Positions 8,449 to 16,434 of a stretch of 64,000 nucleotides of DNA are shown here, one piece after another (position 1 is the stretch's first letter; every line of letters starts with the position of its first letter). The translations under genes were made by a program, and so were the position numbers. The notes under the pieces were generated by a model, which ran no database searches, was not told the DNA's origin, and saw only the letters and a list, made by a program, of their open reading frames with translations. Source of the DNA: an uncultured Ruminococcus sp. (lineage in GTDB: Bacteria > Bacillota > Clostridia > Oscillospirales > Acutalibacteraceae); contig CAZSTR010000002.1 in the NCBI GenBank assembly GCA_964609975.1, positions 16,051-80,050 of the forward strand, read 5' to 3'.

Positions 8449-8991
8449 ATGAAGGCGACAGGGATAGTGCGCAGAATTGACGACCTTGGACGGGTGGTGA
8501 TTCCGAAGGAAATCCGCCGCACCATGCGTATCCGCGAGGGCGACCCGTTGGAGATTTTCACGGAGCGAGACGGTGAGGTGGTGTTCAAAAAATATTCGCC
8601 GGTGGGCGAGCTTTCGCCCTTCGCGGTGCAATATGCGGATGTGCTGTCGCGGGCCTGCAATATGACGGTATTGATTTGCGACCGGGACCATGTGGTGGCC
8701 GCTGCCGGGGCCAGCCGCAAGGATTTTTATGACCGGCGTATTTCAGCCCAGCTGGAGGAGGCGATGGATTCGCGCCAGGTGTATGTGACCCGCGCCGGCG
8801 CCGTTCAGCGCCTTCAGCCGGTGGAGGCGATTCACCGCTTTGCGTCGGTGGCGGCGCCGATTTTGGTCGGCGGCGACATCACCGGCACCGTCTGTCTTCT
8901 CCAGCCGGAGAGCGGCGTTATCCCTGCGGAAGGGGATGTGCGGTTGGCACAGGTGGCCGCCGAGTTTTTGGGAAAGCAGATGGAGGAATAA
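8449..8991 (+). CDS. spoVT: stage V sporulation protein T (AbrB/SpoVT family regulator)
   Basis: N-terminal SpoVT/AbrB swapped-hairpin MKATGIVRRIDDLGRVVIPKEIRRTMRIREGDPLEIF, followed by a GAF-like C-terminal domain. 180 aa, as in SpoVT. Confidence 0.9.
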   Translation: MKATGIVRRIDDLGRVVIPKEIRRTMRIREGDPLEIFTERDGEVVFKKYSPVGELSPFAVQYADVLSRACNMTVLICDRDHVVAAAGASRKDFYDRRISAQLEEAMDSRQVYVTRAGAVQRLQPVEAIHRFASVAAPILVGGDITGTVCLLQPESGVIPAEGDVRLAQVAAEFLGKQMEE

Positions 8992-9053
8992 CCCCATAAA
9001 AACCGCCCCTGCCGCAAAGCGTGATTGCGGCAGGGGCATGCTGTTGTGCTTTT

Positions 9054-9299
9054 TTATAGCCGGGGCAACACCGTGTTTTCGAAAAAATCGGGAAAGCTCT
9101 CCGGCGTGATGCCGGTGAAAATCTCGCCGTCCACGGTGACGGTGACGCCGCTTCGGTTGCATTGGCCGGAGCAGAAGCTGGCCGCCAGGGTAATTTTGTC
9201 CTCTATGCTCTGCTGGGCGACGGCTTTTTGAAACAGCTCCACGACCCGCTTCGACCCTTTCAGATGGCAAGCGGAGCCGATGCAAATTTGTATCGTCAT
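9054..9299 (-). CDS. thioredoxin-like [2Fe-2S] ferredoxin domain protein
   Basis: 81 aa, MTIQICIGSACHLKGS...ASFCSGQCNRS (Cys-x4-Cys ... Cys-x3-Cys). RBS GGAGGAG. Its ATG overlaps the upstream stop (ATGA at 9296-9299). Confidence 0.65.
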   Translation of the reverse strand: MTIQICIGSACHLKGSKRVVELFQKAVAQQSIEDKITLAASFCSGQCNRSGVTVTVDGEIFTGITPESFPDFFENTVLPRL

Positions 9300-10057
9300 G
9301 ACCTCTCCTCCTCGGTTTTCAGTTCGGTTTTCAGCCAATCCAGCCACCTTCGTCGGGGCGTCGCGGCGCTTCCGGGAAGCAAAAATACGGCCGCGACCGG
9401 AAACAGGCGACGAATGTGCGCGGCCAGCCGGGCATCTCCGCCGGCATAGGCGGCCAAGTATTTTTTTGGTGGGAGCGCGTCGGTCAGCAACAGCTTTCCA
9501 TAGGTGAGCGCCGCGTCGAAGGCGGGGTCGCCCGCGCAGGCGCGGCAGCAATCCAGAATGAACAGCGTCCCCTGCTCACCCTCCAAAAGGTTTTCCGGAG
9601 AAAAATCGCCGTGGAGAATACGGTCGCGGTCTGCCACCTCTGCAAAGCGGCGGCGCAGAGCGGCCGCCTCATCGGCGCTAAGCTCCGGCGGCAGAGGGAG
9701 CTGGCGCAGCAGCTCGGTCAGCCGAAAGAGGGGTGCGCCGCCCTTTTTGTGCATTTTCTTTTGCAGGGCGACCAGCCGTTCCAGCAGTGTGTCGGCTTCC
9801 TCTGGGCTTTCCGACAGCCTGCGCGCCAGCGTTTTTCCGGGGATAAAGGCGCTGACGATGGCCGGATGACCGTCTACGGCGCTCACCTGCAGCACCGGCG
9901 GCACGGGTAGCCCTGCCTCCCGCAGGGCGGTCTGGTTCATGGCCTCCCGGAGCACATCTGTTTCCGTCCGTCCGCTGAGAAACACCTTCAAACAGCGCTC
10001 GCCATCCCGATAAACGGTTTTGCGGCTGGTCACCGCGATGATTCGATCTAGTTCCAC
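9296..10057 (-). CDS. aminoglycoside/choline-kinase-type phosphotransferase family protein
   Basis: Catalytic loop HGDFSPENLL and ILDCCRACAGDPAFD block of the APH/ChoK fold. GTG start lies 8 nt after GAGGAGG. Confidence 0.75.
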   Translation of the reverse strand: MELDRIIAVTSRKTVYRDGERCLKVFLSGRTETDVLREAMNQTALREAGLPVPPVLQVSAVDGHPAIVSAFIPGKTLARRLSESPEEADTLLERLVALQKKMHKKGGAPLFRLTELLRQLPLPPELSADEAAALRRRFAEVADRDRILHGDFSPENLLEGEQGTLFILDCCRACAGDPAFDAALTYGKLLLTDALPPKKYLAAYAGGDARLAAHIRRLFPVAAVFLLPGSAATPRRRWLDWLKTELKTEEERS

Positions 10058-10076
10058 CGGGCTTGCCTCCTCTGCG

Positions 10077-11003
10077 TCAGTCGAACAGCTCCCGCTTGAC
10101 CTGGATCAGCTCGTTGATGAACTGGTGATCCAGCGGGGAAAAGGTGTAGTCGCGCCGATGAATCAGCACATCCTTATAGATGCGGTCGTTTCCGGCGCAG
10201 GGGCGTAAAATCAGTCCATATCGCTCCAACAGCGCCGGAGGGATGGCGGAAACCCACATGAAGGTATGGGGGTTTTCGGCCAACAGCTCCAGCTGGCTGG
10301 CGCGCTCGAAAACGAAAATCCGCCGCCGCACGCTGTCCGGCAGCTCCGTCTTGCGCACCTCGGAAAAGGGCAAAAAGGGCACGAAGGGATCGGCATGGGC
10401 GATTTCGGTATAAGACTCCAAATGCTTTTCCTCGATCGCCTCCAGTTGGGCCAGCGGGCTGTCGCGCTGCACCAGAAGCGCCGACTGAAATTCGGCCACC
10501 AGCTCATGGCAAAGGTTCTTTTCCTCCAGCAGGGCTTTGTAATAGCGGTCATATTCCGCCGCGTAGCGAATGATGCCCAGGCGATATTCCTCCTGGAGCA
10601 CATTGCGGATGGTGCGGGCGGCGTTGGTTTCTTTGTAGAAGGCCTCCACATCGGTTTCGGCGGTCAGTGCTTGCGAAAAGCGGGAGAAGGCCTTGGAAAT
10701 GTAGCTGGCGCGGGGCACGGACACGGAAAACCGCTTTTTCACAGAGAGTCCGTTGCGGAAGGTGTCCTCCACGGTGTCCACCTGCTTCAAAATGCTGCGG
10801 GCATAGCCCATGAAGGTTTCACCCTCGGCGGTGAGGGCCATTCCCTTGGCGCTACGCTCGAAAATGCGGATGCCAAGGGATGCTTCCAGCTCTTTGATGG
10901 CGCGGCTCAAATTCGGTTGGCCAATCAACAGCTTTTCCGCCGCTTTGTTGATGGAGCCGGCCTTGGCCACCTCCACAGCGTATTTGATATGTAGCAAATT
11001 CAC
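10077..11003 (-). CDS. LysR family transcriptional regulator
   Basis: N-terminal HTH MNLLHIKYAVEVAKAGSINKAAEKLLIGQPNLSRAIKELE plus a ~200 aa substrate-binding domain. Confidence 0.9.
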   Translation of the reverse strand: MNLLHIKYAVEVAKAGSINKAAEKLLIGQPNLSRAIKELEASLGIRIFERSAKGMALTAEGETFMGYARSILKQVDTVEDTFRNGLSVKKRFSVSVPRASYISKAFSRFSQALTAETDVEAFYKETNAARTIRNVLQEEYRLGIIRYAAEYDRYYKALLEEKNLCHELVAEFQSALLVQRDSPLAQLEAIEEKHLESYTEIAHADPFVPFLPFSEVRKTELPDSVRRRIFVFERASQLELLAENPHTFMWVSAIPPALLERYGLILRPCAGNDRIYKDVLIHRRDYTFSPLDHQFINELIQVKRELFD

Positions 11004-11240
11004 ATGATTGCCTCCCCTGCCCTGGATAAATTCAGTATAACATAGACAAAAGAAAAATTCAATGCTTTTCCCTGGAAAGGCAAGATTTTGCGGCTTTTGC
11101 TGATTTTTTCAAGGAAATTTTGGCAAAAGCGCTTGACAAGCGGCCGTTGTGTGTGTATCATATGGAAGGCGCGTCTCCGTTTGGCGCCGGCGCCGCGGCT
11201 TCGCGGCGAGGTGGACGTGTCCGAAAACAGAATAACGGTG

Positions 11241-11331
11241 AAAACAAGGGGTGCTGCCAGAGGGCGGCTGAGAGAACCGAGGGGTTCAACTCTGTGACCT
11301 GATCCGGATAATACCGGCGGAGGGATGTTTT
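11241..11331 (+). promoter_or_regulatory. TPP (THI-box) riboswitch aptamer
   Basis: Conserved blocks GGGGTGC...GCTGAGA...ACCTGATCCGGATAATACCGGCGGAGGGA, closed by P1 AAAACA/TGTTTT. Located directly upstream of thiT. Confidence 0.9.
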
Positions 11332-11365
11332 GCTGAAACGGCGAGGATGCTCGCTGTCTTTGGAG

Positions 11366-11393
11366 GACCTTCGCTGCGGCGAAGGTCTTTTTT
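11366..11393 (+). terminator. riboswitch expression-platform terminator
   Basis: Stem GACCTTCGC / GCGAAGGTC, loop TGCG, followed by TTTTTT. Lies between the aptamer and the thiT start. Confidence 0.8.
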
Positions 11394-11403
11394 GCCGCGA
11401 AAA

Positions 11404-12240
11404 ATGAAAGGGTTCGATGAAACGATGCAAAAAATGCAAAAATCCTTGCGGCTGGTGGAAAGCGCGCTGTTGTTGGCGGTGGCGACGGTGCTCAGTCTTG
11501 TGAAGCTGTTGGAAATGCCCTACGGGGGCAGTGTCACCGCCTGCAGTGCCTTGCCGCTGTTGCTAATTTCTTATCGGCATGGCGTGGGCTGGGGGCTGTT
11601 TTCCGGGCTGGTATTCAGTCTTCTCCAGCTGTTTTTGGGGATGAGCAGTCTGTCCTATTGTACCACGGCGGCGTCGGTGGTGGCGGTGATTTTGCTGGAT
11701 TATGTGGTGGCCTTCGCCGTCTATGGCTTGGGCGGGCTTTTTCGCCAGAAGGGGCGCACGCAGGGGCGGGCGCTGGTGCTGGGGAGCTTGCTGGCGCAGG
11801 GGCTGCGCTATCTGTGCCATGTGCTTTCCGGCTGTACTGTTTGGGCGGGGCTGTCCATTCCCACCAATGCCGCGTTTCTCTATTCACTGGGATATAACGG
11901 AACCTATATGGTGCCGGAGCTGGTGGTGACGGTGCTTGGCGCCTGGTATTTCTCGCGGGTTCTGGATGTGAACGGTCAACAGCCCGCCCGTGCCGTTACA
12001 TCGGCCGCCGGGAACGGAAAAGCCCTAGTCGCCGGGCTGTTGCGGTCGCTGGTGCTGGTGGTGACGGGGGTTGTGAATTTGCTGTGGATTGCCTACCGTC
12101 TCCAAAGCCCGGAGGACGGAAGCTTCACCTTCGCCGGTCTTGCGCAGGTGAACTGGTTGGCGGTGGCGCTGGTCACTGCTGGCGGCGGGCTGGTCGCCGG
12201 TGGACTGGAGCTGTGGCGCCGTCGCGCCGCCCGCGGATAG
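11404..12240 (+). CDS. thiT: energy-coupling-factor thiamine transporter S component ThiT, with C-terminal extension
   Basis: Multi-TM protein with LLAVATVLSLVKLLEMPYGGSVT...LPLLLISYRHGVGWG, typical of ThiT. Start taken as the first ATG after the terminator; 11425 is also possible. TPP riboswitch upstream. Confidence 0.8.
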   Translation: MKGFDETMQKMQKSLRLVESALLLAVATVLSLVKLLEMPYGGSVTACSALPLLLISYRHGVGWGLFSGLVFSLLQLFLGMSSLSYCTTAASVVAVILLDYVVAFAVYGLGGLFRQKGRTQGRALVLGSLLAQGLRYLCHVLSGCTVWAGLSIPTNAAFLYSLGYNGTYMVPELVVTVLGAWYFSRVLDVNGQQPARAVTSAAGNGKALVAGLLRSLVLVVTGVVNLLWIAYRLQSPEDGSFTFAGLAQVNWLAVALVTAGGGLVAGGLELWRRRAARG

Positions 12241-12265
12241 GCCGCGCGAAAAGCGAAAAAAGAGG

Positions 12266-12313
12266 GAAATCCCCGTTCTTGACCGTCTCGGTCAAGAACG
12301 GGGATTTCTTTTT
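12266..12313. terminator. bidirectional terminator between thiT and the Na/Pi transporter gene
   Basis: 19-bp perfect stem GAAATCCCCGTTCTTGACC / GGTCAAGAACGGGGATTTC, flanked by an A-run upstream and a T-run downstream. Confidence 0.85.
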
Positions 12314-12330
12314 GTTTTCTATATAGGCCT

Positions 12331-14085
12331 TCAGCCTTCGACCAGGGCGAACCGGTGGTCATATTCGTCATAATATCGGTTGAATTCGTGGTTTCCGAAT
12401 TTGACACCGTTCAGATACTTGTGGGTGTCGAAGCTGTTGGCCTCCACCTCGATGACGGCCACAGCCACATTGGAGCAGTGGTCGGAGATGCGTTCGAAGT
12501 TGGTGAGCATATCCGACAGCACGAAGCCACATTCGATACTGCAGGAGCCACTGCGCAGACGATTGATGTGGTTGTTGCGGATGCGGGCGATGAGGCCGTC
12601 GATGACCTGCTCCAGCGGCTCCACGCGGGCGGCGATAGCGGTGTCGTTTTTGGTATAGGCTTCGCCGGTGAGGGTGAGGATTTCCTGAATGGCGCCGGTG
12701 AGCACCGCCAGCTCCTGTTGGGCGGCCGTGGTGAAGGTGATTTCCTTGTCGTGAACCTCGCGCGCGCTGTTGAGCAGGTTCAGGGCGTGGTCGCCCAGCC
12801 GCTCAAAGTTGCCGATAGCATGGAGGATTTTCGAAACTACCTGAGAGTCCTCTTGAGACAATGCCTCGGAGGAAAGCCGCACAAGATAGGTGCCCAGCTT
12901 GTCCTCGTAGGAGTCCAGCCGGCTTTCCACCTCGTTGATGTTCTCGGCCTCCTTTTCGCTGAAATGTGCGAACTGGTCCATGGCGCGGAGCACATTATCC
13001 TGGGCCAGGCAGCACATTTTCTTGGAGCAGGAGTTGCTTTCGGACACCGCCACGGAGGGGGACTTCAGCAATCGCTCGTCCAGCAGAGGCTCGTCCTTTT
13101 CCTCGGCGCCTTTGTCGGGCAACAGCCAGCAAATGAGCTTTTCCAGCTTTTTCGTGAAGGGCACCAGCAGACACACCGTCAAAAGGTTGAACACCGAATG
13201 AGCCAGCGCGATGGTCACGGGCGAGGCAGCTGCCGTCAGGAAGGGCCAGTCAATCAGCAGGCTGACGATCCAGAAAACGCTCAGCCACACGACGGTTCCG
13301 ATGACGTTGATGGACAGATGGATGAGCGCCGCCTGCTTCGCCTTGCGGTTGGTGCCGATGCTGGAAATCATGGAGGTGACGCAGGTGCCGATGTTGGCGC
13401 CCATGACGATGGGGATGATCATCCCATTGGTCAGACTGCCGGTCAGGGAAAGCGCTTGCAAAATACCGGTGGTGGCGGCGGAGGATTGGATCACGCCGGT
13501 CACCAGCGCACCGATCAGCATACCGAGGAGTGGGTTGTTAAACTGGATGAGCAGCTGGGCGAACACCGGCGAATCCGCCAGCGGCTCCAGCGCGCCGGTC
13601 ATCATGGTCATGCCGTAAATGAGCACGGCGAAGCCTACGCAAACCGTGCCGATGCTTTTGCGCCGGTCGTTTTTCGACATCATCAGCAGGATGATGCCTG
13701 CCAGCGCCACCAGCGGAGAGAAGTTCTCCGGCTTGAGCATCTGCAGGAACAGGCTGTCGCTCTGGATGCCGGACAGGCTGAGAATCCAGGCGGTCAGGGT
13801 GGTGCCGATGTTGGCGCCATAGATGATATACAGCGTTTGGGACAGGGTCATCAGCCCGGAGTTCACCAGGCCAACCAGCATCACCGTCGTGGCCGAGGAG
13901 GATTGCACCGCCACGGTGATGGCCGCGCCCAGCACGATGCTGATGATGGGGTTGGCGGTCATTTTGCGGAGCATATGCTCCAGCTTTCCGCCGGCCATTT
14001 TTTCCAAGCTTCCGGACATCACATTCATGCCGAATAGGAAAAAGACCAGGCCGCCGATCATGGACAAAACAGAAAACAGATTCAT
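12331..14085 (-). CDS. Na/Pi cotransporter family protein with PhoU-like C-terminal domains
   Basis: 584 aa. Duplicated QSSSATT / QSSAATTG transporter motifs in the N-terminal membrane half; helical PhoU-like repeats in the C-terminal half. Confidence 0.9.
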   Translation of the reverse strand: MNLFSVLSMIGGLVFFLFGMNVMSGSLEKMAGGKLEHMLRKMTANPIISIVLGAAITVAVQSSSATTVMLVGLVNSGLMTLSQTLYIIYGANIGTTLTAWILSLSGIQSDSLFLQMLKPENFSPLVALAGIILLMMSKNDRRKSIGTVCVGFAVLIYGMTMMTGALEPLADSPVFAQLLIQFNNPLLGMLIGALVTGVIQSSAATTGILQALSLTGSLTNGMIIPIVMGANIGTCVTSMISSIGTNRKAKQAALIHLSINVIGTVVWLSVFWIVSLLIDWPFLTAAASPVTIALAHSVFNLLTVCLLVPFTKKLEKLICWLLPDKGAEEKDEPLLDERLLKSPSVAVSESNSCSKKMCCLAQDNVLRAMDQFAHFSEKEAENINEVESRLDSYEDKLGTYLVRLSSEALSQEDSQVVSKILHAIGNFERLGDHALNLLNSAREVHDKEITFTTAAQQELAVLTGAIQEILTLTGEAYTKNDTAIAARVEPLEQVIDGLIARIRNNHINRLRSGSCSIECGFVLSDMLTNFERISDHCSNVAVAVIEVEANSFDTHKYLNGVKFGNHEFNRYYDEYDHRFALVEG

Positions 14086-14246
14086 TCGTTAAGCCTCCAA
14101 TAACGCCCCGCGTCCTGCGGCGGCGCCGTTTTTTGTTATCTATGAAAAGTCGGAGAATATTTGCATATTCCCGGACGGATGTTTCCCAAACTACACCAGT
14201 ATATATCTTAGCATATTTCCCACGGGGAAGTCAATCCGTTAAACGA

Positions 14247-14305
14247 CAAAAATTCCCTCTTTTCCCCCGACGGGATTTTGGGAAATCCGCCGAGGGAAAA
14301 GAGGG
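14247..14305 (-). terminator. terminator downstream of the MerR-family gene
   Basis: 12-bp arms CCCTCTTTTCCC (14255-14266) / GGGAAAAGAGGG (14294-14305) with an inner stem. On the minus strand it is followed by AATTTTTG. Confidence 0.6.
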
Positions 14306-14316
14306 GTGAAGGGACA

Positions 14317-14763
14317 TTAATACCCCTTGAGCCGGAGACGCACCGCCCGGAAGGCCTCCGGCAGCTTTTCGAGCGGCATTTCCCGTGGCACGGCGGTTGT
14401 GCCGGCCGCCTTTGCGGTGGTATAGTACCATTCCTTGAATTCCAGCGTGCGCAGGGTGTCGTTTAGGGTGGCGATTTTCTCCTCCACCGCCGCCTTTTGC
14501 CGGGAGATGAGCGCCAGCCGAGTTTCGATGGTTTCGTCCCCCTCCATGGCCATTTCCACGAAGCGCCGGATGTCCTTGAGGGTCATTCCGGTCTTTTTGA
14601 GGCAGGCGATGACCTGGAGCCATTCGTAGTCGCTGTCCTTGAACACCCGCACGCCGCTCCCGGAGCGCTCCACGAAGGGAAGAAGCCCCTCCCGGTCATA
14701 ATAGCGGAGGGCAGAGGGGGCGACGCCCAGCCGCTTGGCCATTTCGCCGATGGTGTATACCAT
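14317..14763 (-). CDS. MerR family transcriptional regulator
   Basis: HTH MVYTIGEMAKRLGVAPSALRYYDREGLLPFVERSGSGVRVF. The ATG at 14763 lies 7 nt after AAGGAGA; the longer TTG start at 14784 has no RBS. Confidence 0.85.
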   Translation of the reverse strand: MVYTIGEMAKRLGVAPSALRYYDREGLLPFVERSGSGVRVFKDSDYEWLQVIACLKKTGMTLKDIRRFVEMAMEGDETIETRLALISRQKAAVEEKIATLNDTLRTLEFKEWYYTTAKAAGTTAVPREMPLEKLPEAFRAVRLRLKGY

Positions 14764-14798
14764 GCCGTATTTCTCCTTTTCCAAAAGAATAAAAACGC

Positions 14799-14829
14799 TT
14801 GACTTGAAGTATACTTTAAGCTATATAAT
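14799..14829 (+). promoter_or_regulatory. MerR-type promoter with 19-bp spacer and operator palindrome
   Basis: TTGACT (14799-14804), 19 nt, TATAAT (14824-14829). The spacer holds the imperfect palindrome CTTGAAGTA|TACTTTAAG. Divergent from the merR-family gene and upstream of the reductase genes. Confidence 0.7.
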
Positions 14830-14882
14830 GTGCTTGTACCGATTGTACAACAATTCGATTTGGTCGTCAAGGAGGTTTTGTC

Positions 14883-15770
14883 ATGGAATATGTAACCTTG
14901 TCTAACGGGGTGCGGATGCCCCAGCTGGGGTATGGCGTGTACCAGGTGACGCGGGAGGCATGTGAGCGCTGTGTGCTGGACGCCATCGGGGTGGGCTATC
15001 GGCTCATCGACACGGCACAAAGCTATTTCAACGAGGCGGAGGTGGGCAACGCGATTGCCCGCTGCGGCGTTCCTCGTGAAGAGCTGTTTTTGACGACGAA
15101 AGTGTGGCTGGAGCATTATGACTTCGAGGCAACGCGGGCGTCGGTTCTGGAGTCCATGAAGAAGCTGCAGGTGGATTATTTGGATCTATGCCTGCTCCAC
15201 CAGCCCTTCGGGGATATATACGGAGCTTATCGGGCGCTGGAGGAGCTGTATGACGAAGGGAAAATCCGCGCCATCGGTATTTCCAATTTCTATCCCGACC
15301 GGATGGTGGATTTGGCCTCCTTTGCCCGGATTCGGCCGATGGTGAACCAGATTGAGTTGCATCCACATCATCAGCAGGTGGACAGCCTGCGCTGGCACGA
15401 AAAATACGGCGTTCAGCCGGAGGCGTGGGCACCCTTCGGCGAGGGACGAGGAGGAATGTTCGCCCTGCCGGAGCTGCAGGCCATCGCCGCCCGCCACGGA
15501 AAAACCGTGGCTCAGGTCATCCTGCGCTGGCATATCCAGCGGGGTGTGGTGGCGATTCCGAAATCTACCCATGTGGAGCGGATGCGGGAGAATTTTCGGG
15601 TTTTCGATTTCACGCTGACAGAGGCGGAGATGGAGGAGATTGCTGCCCTCGACCGCGGCGAAAGCGCCTTCTTTTCCCATACCGATCCGAAAATGGTGGA
15701 ATGGTTTGTGCAAATGGTAGAAGAACGAAAGAAAAATACCGATTGTAAAAAAGAGAAAAAAGATTGGTGA
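14883..15770 (+). CDS. aldo/keto reductase
   Basis: AKR blocks GYRLIDTAQSYFNE, LDYLDLCLLHQP, AIGISNF and IPKSTHVERMRENF. Confidence 0.9.
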   Translation: MEYVTLSNGVRMPQLGYGVYQVTREACERCVLDAIGVGYRLIDTAQSYFNEAEVGNAIARCGVPREELFLTTKVWLEHYDFEATRASVLESMKKLQVDYLDLCLLHQPFGDIYGAYRALEELYDEGKIRAIGISNFYPDRMVDLASFARIRPMVNQIELHPHHQQVDSLRWHEKYGVQPEAWAPFGEGRGGMFALPELQAIAARHGKTVAQVILRWHIQRGVVAIPKSTHVERMRENFRVFDFTLTEAEMEEIAALDRGESAFFSHTDPKMVEWFVQMVEERKKNTDCKKEKKDW

Positions 15771-15784
15771 AGGAGTGGCTGGAT

Positions 15785-16345
15785 ATGAAAAAGGATCTGG
15801 GGGCACAGCCCTATTTGTTTCCGATGCCGGTGCTGATTGTGGGCACCTATTGTGAGGATGGAACGCCCGATGCCATGAACGCTGCCTGGGGAACGATTTG
15901 CGATTATCAAAGGGTGGCGCTGTTTCTCAGTCCGGGGCACAAAACCGTGGCGAACATTCGCAACCGAAGGGCTTTCACGGTGGCGGTGGCGGATGAGGCA
16001 CATTTGGTGGCCTGCGACTATGTGGGGCTGGTTTCCGCCAACAGCGACAGGGCAAAAATGGAAAAAACCGGGTGGACGCTGGAAAAAAGTCGGCTGGTGG
16101 ATGCGCCGGTTGTGACGGATTTGCCGCTGGCGCTGGAGTGTCGGCTGGAGCGCATCGACGAGGAGGCTGGCTGCGTTTACGGCGAAATCGTGAATGTGCT
16201 GGCGGAGGAGCGGGTACTCTTGGAGGGACGGGTGGATTTGAAAAAGCTGAACCCTCTGTCCTATGACCCGGCCGGGCATGGCTATTATGCCATGGGCGAA
16301 CGGGTGGGCACAGCCTTCCACGATGGCGCGGCGCTGAAAAGGTGA
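15785..16345 (+). CDS. flavin reductase family protein (flavoredoxin-like)
   Basis: ~186 aa. Blocks PVLIVGT...PDAMNAAWG and FTVAV are typical of the Flavin_Reduct fold. The ATG at 15785 lies 9 nt after GGAG; the TTG at 15764 is a less likely start. Confidence 0.75.
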   Translation: MKKDLGAQPYLFPMPVLIVGTYCEDGTPDAMNAAWGTICDYQRVALFLSPGHKTVANIRNRRAFTVAVADEAHLVACDYVGLVSANSDRAKMEKTGWTLEKSRLVDAPVVTDLPLALECRLERIDEEAGCVYGEIVNVLAEERVLLEGRVDLKKLNPLSYDPAGHGYYAMGERVGTAFHDGAALKR

Positions 16346-16434
16346 ATGTGTTCACAACAAAAAATCCTCCGAAAACGGTTGAACGCCGCTTTCGGGGGAT
16401 TTTTTTCGTTGATCCCTGCTGATTTTTCGTTGGC

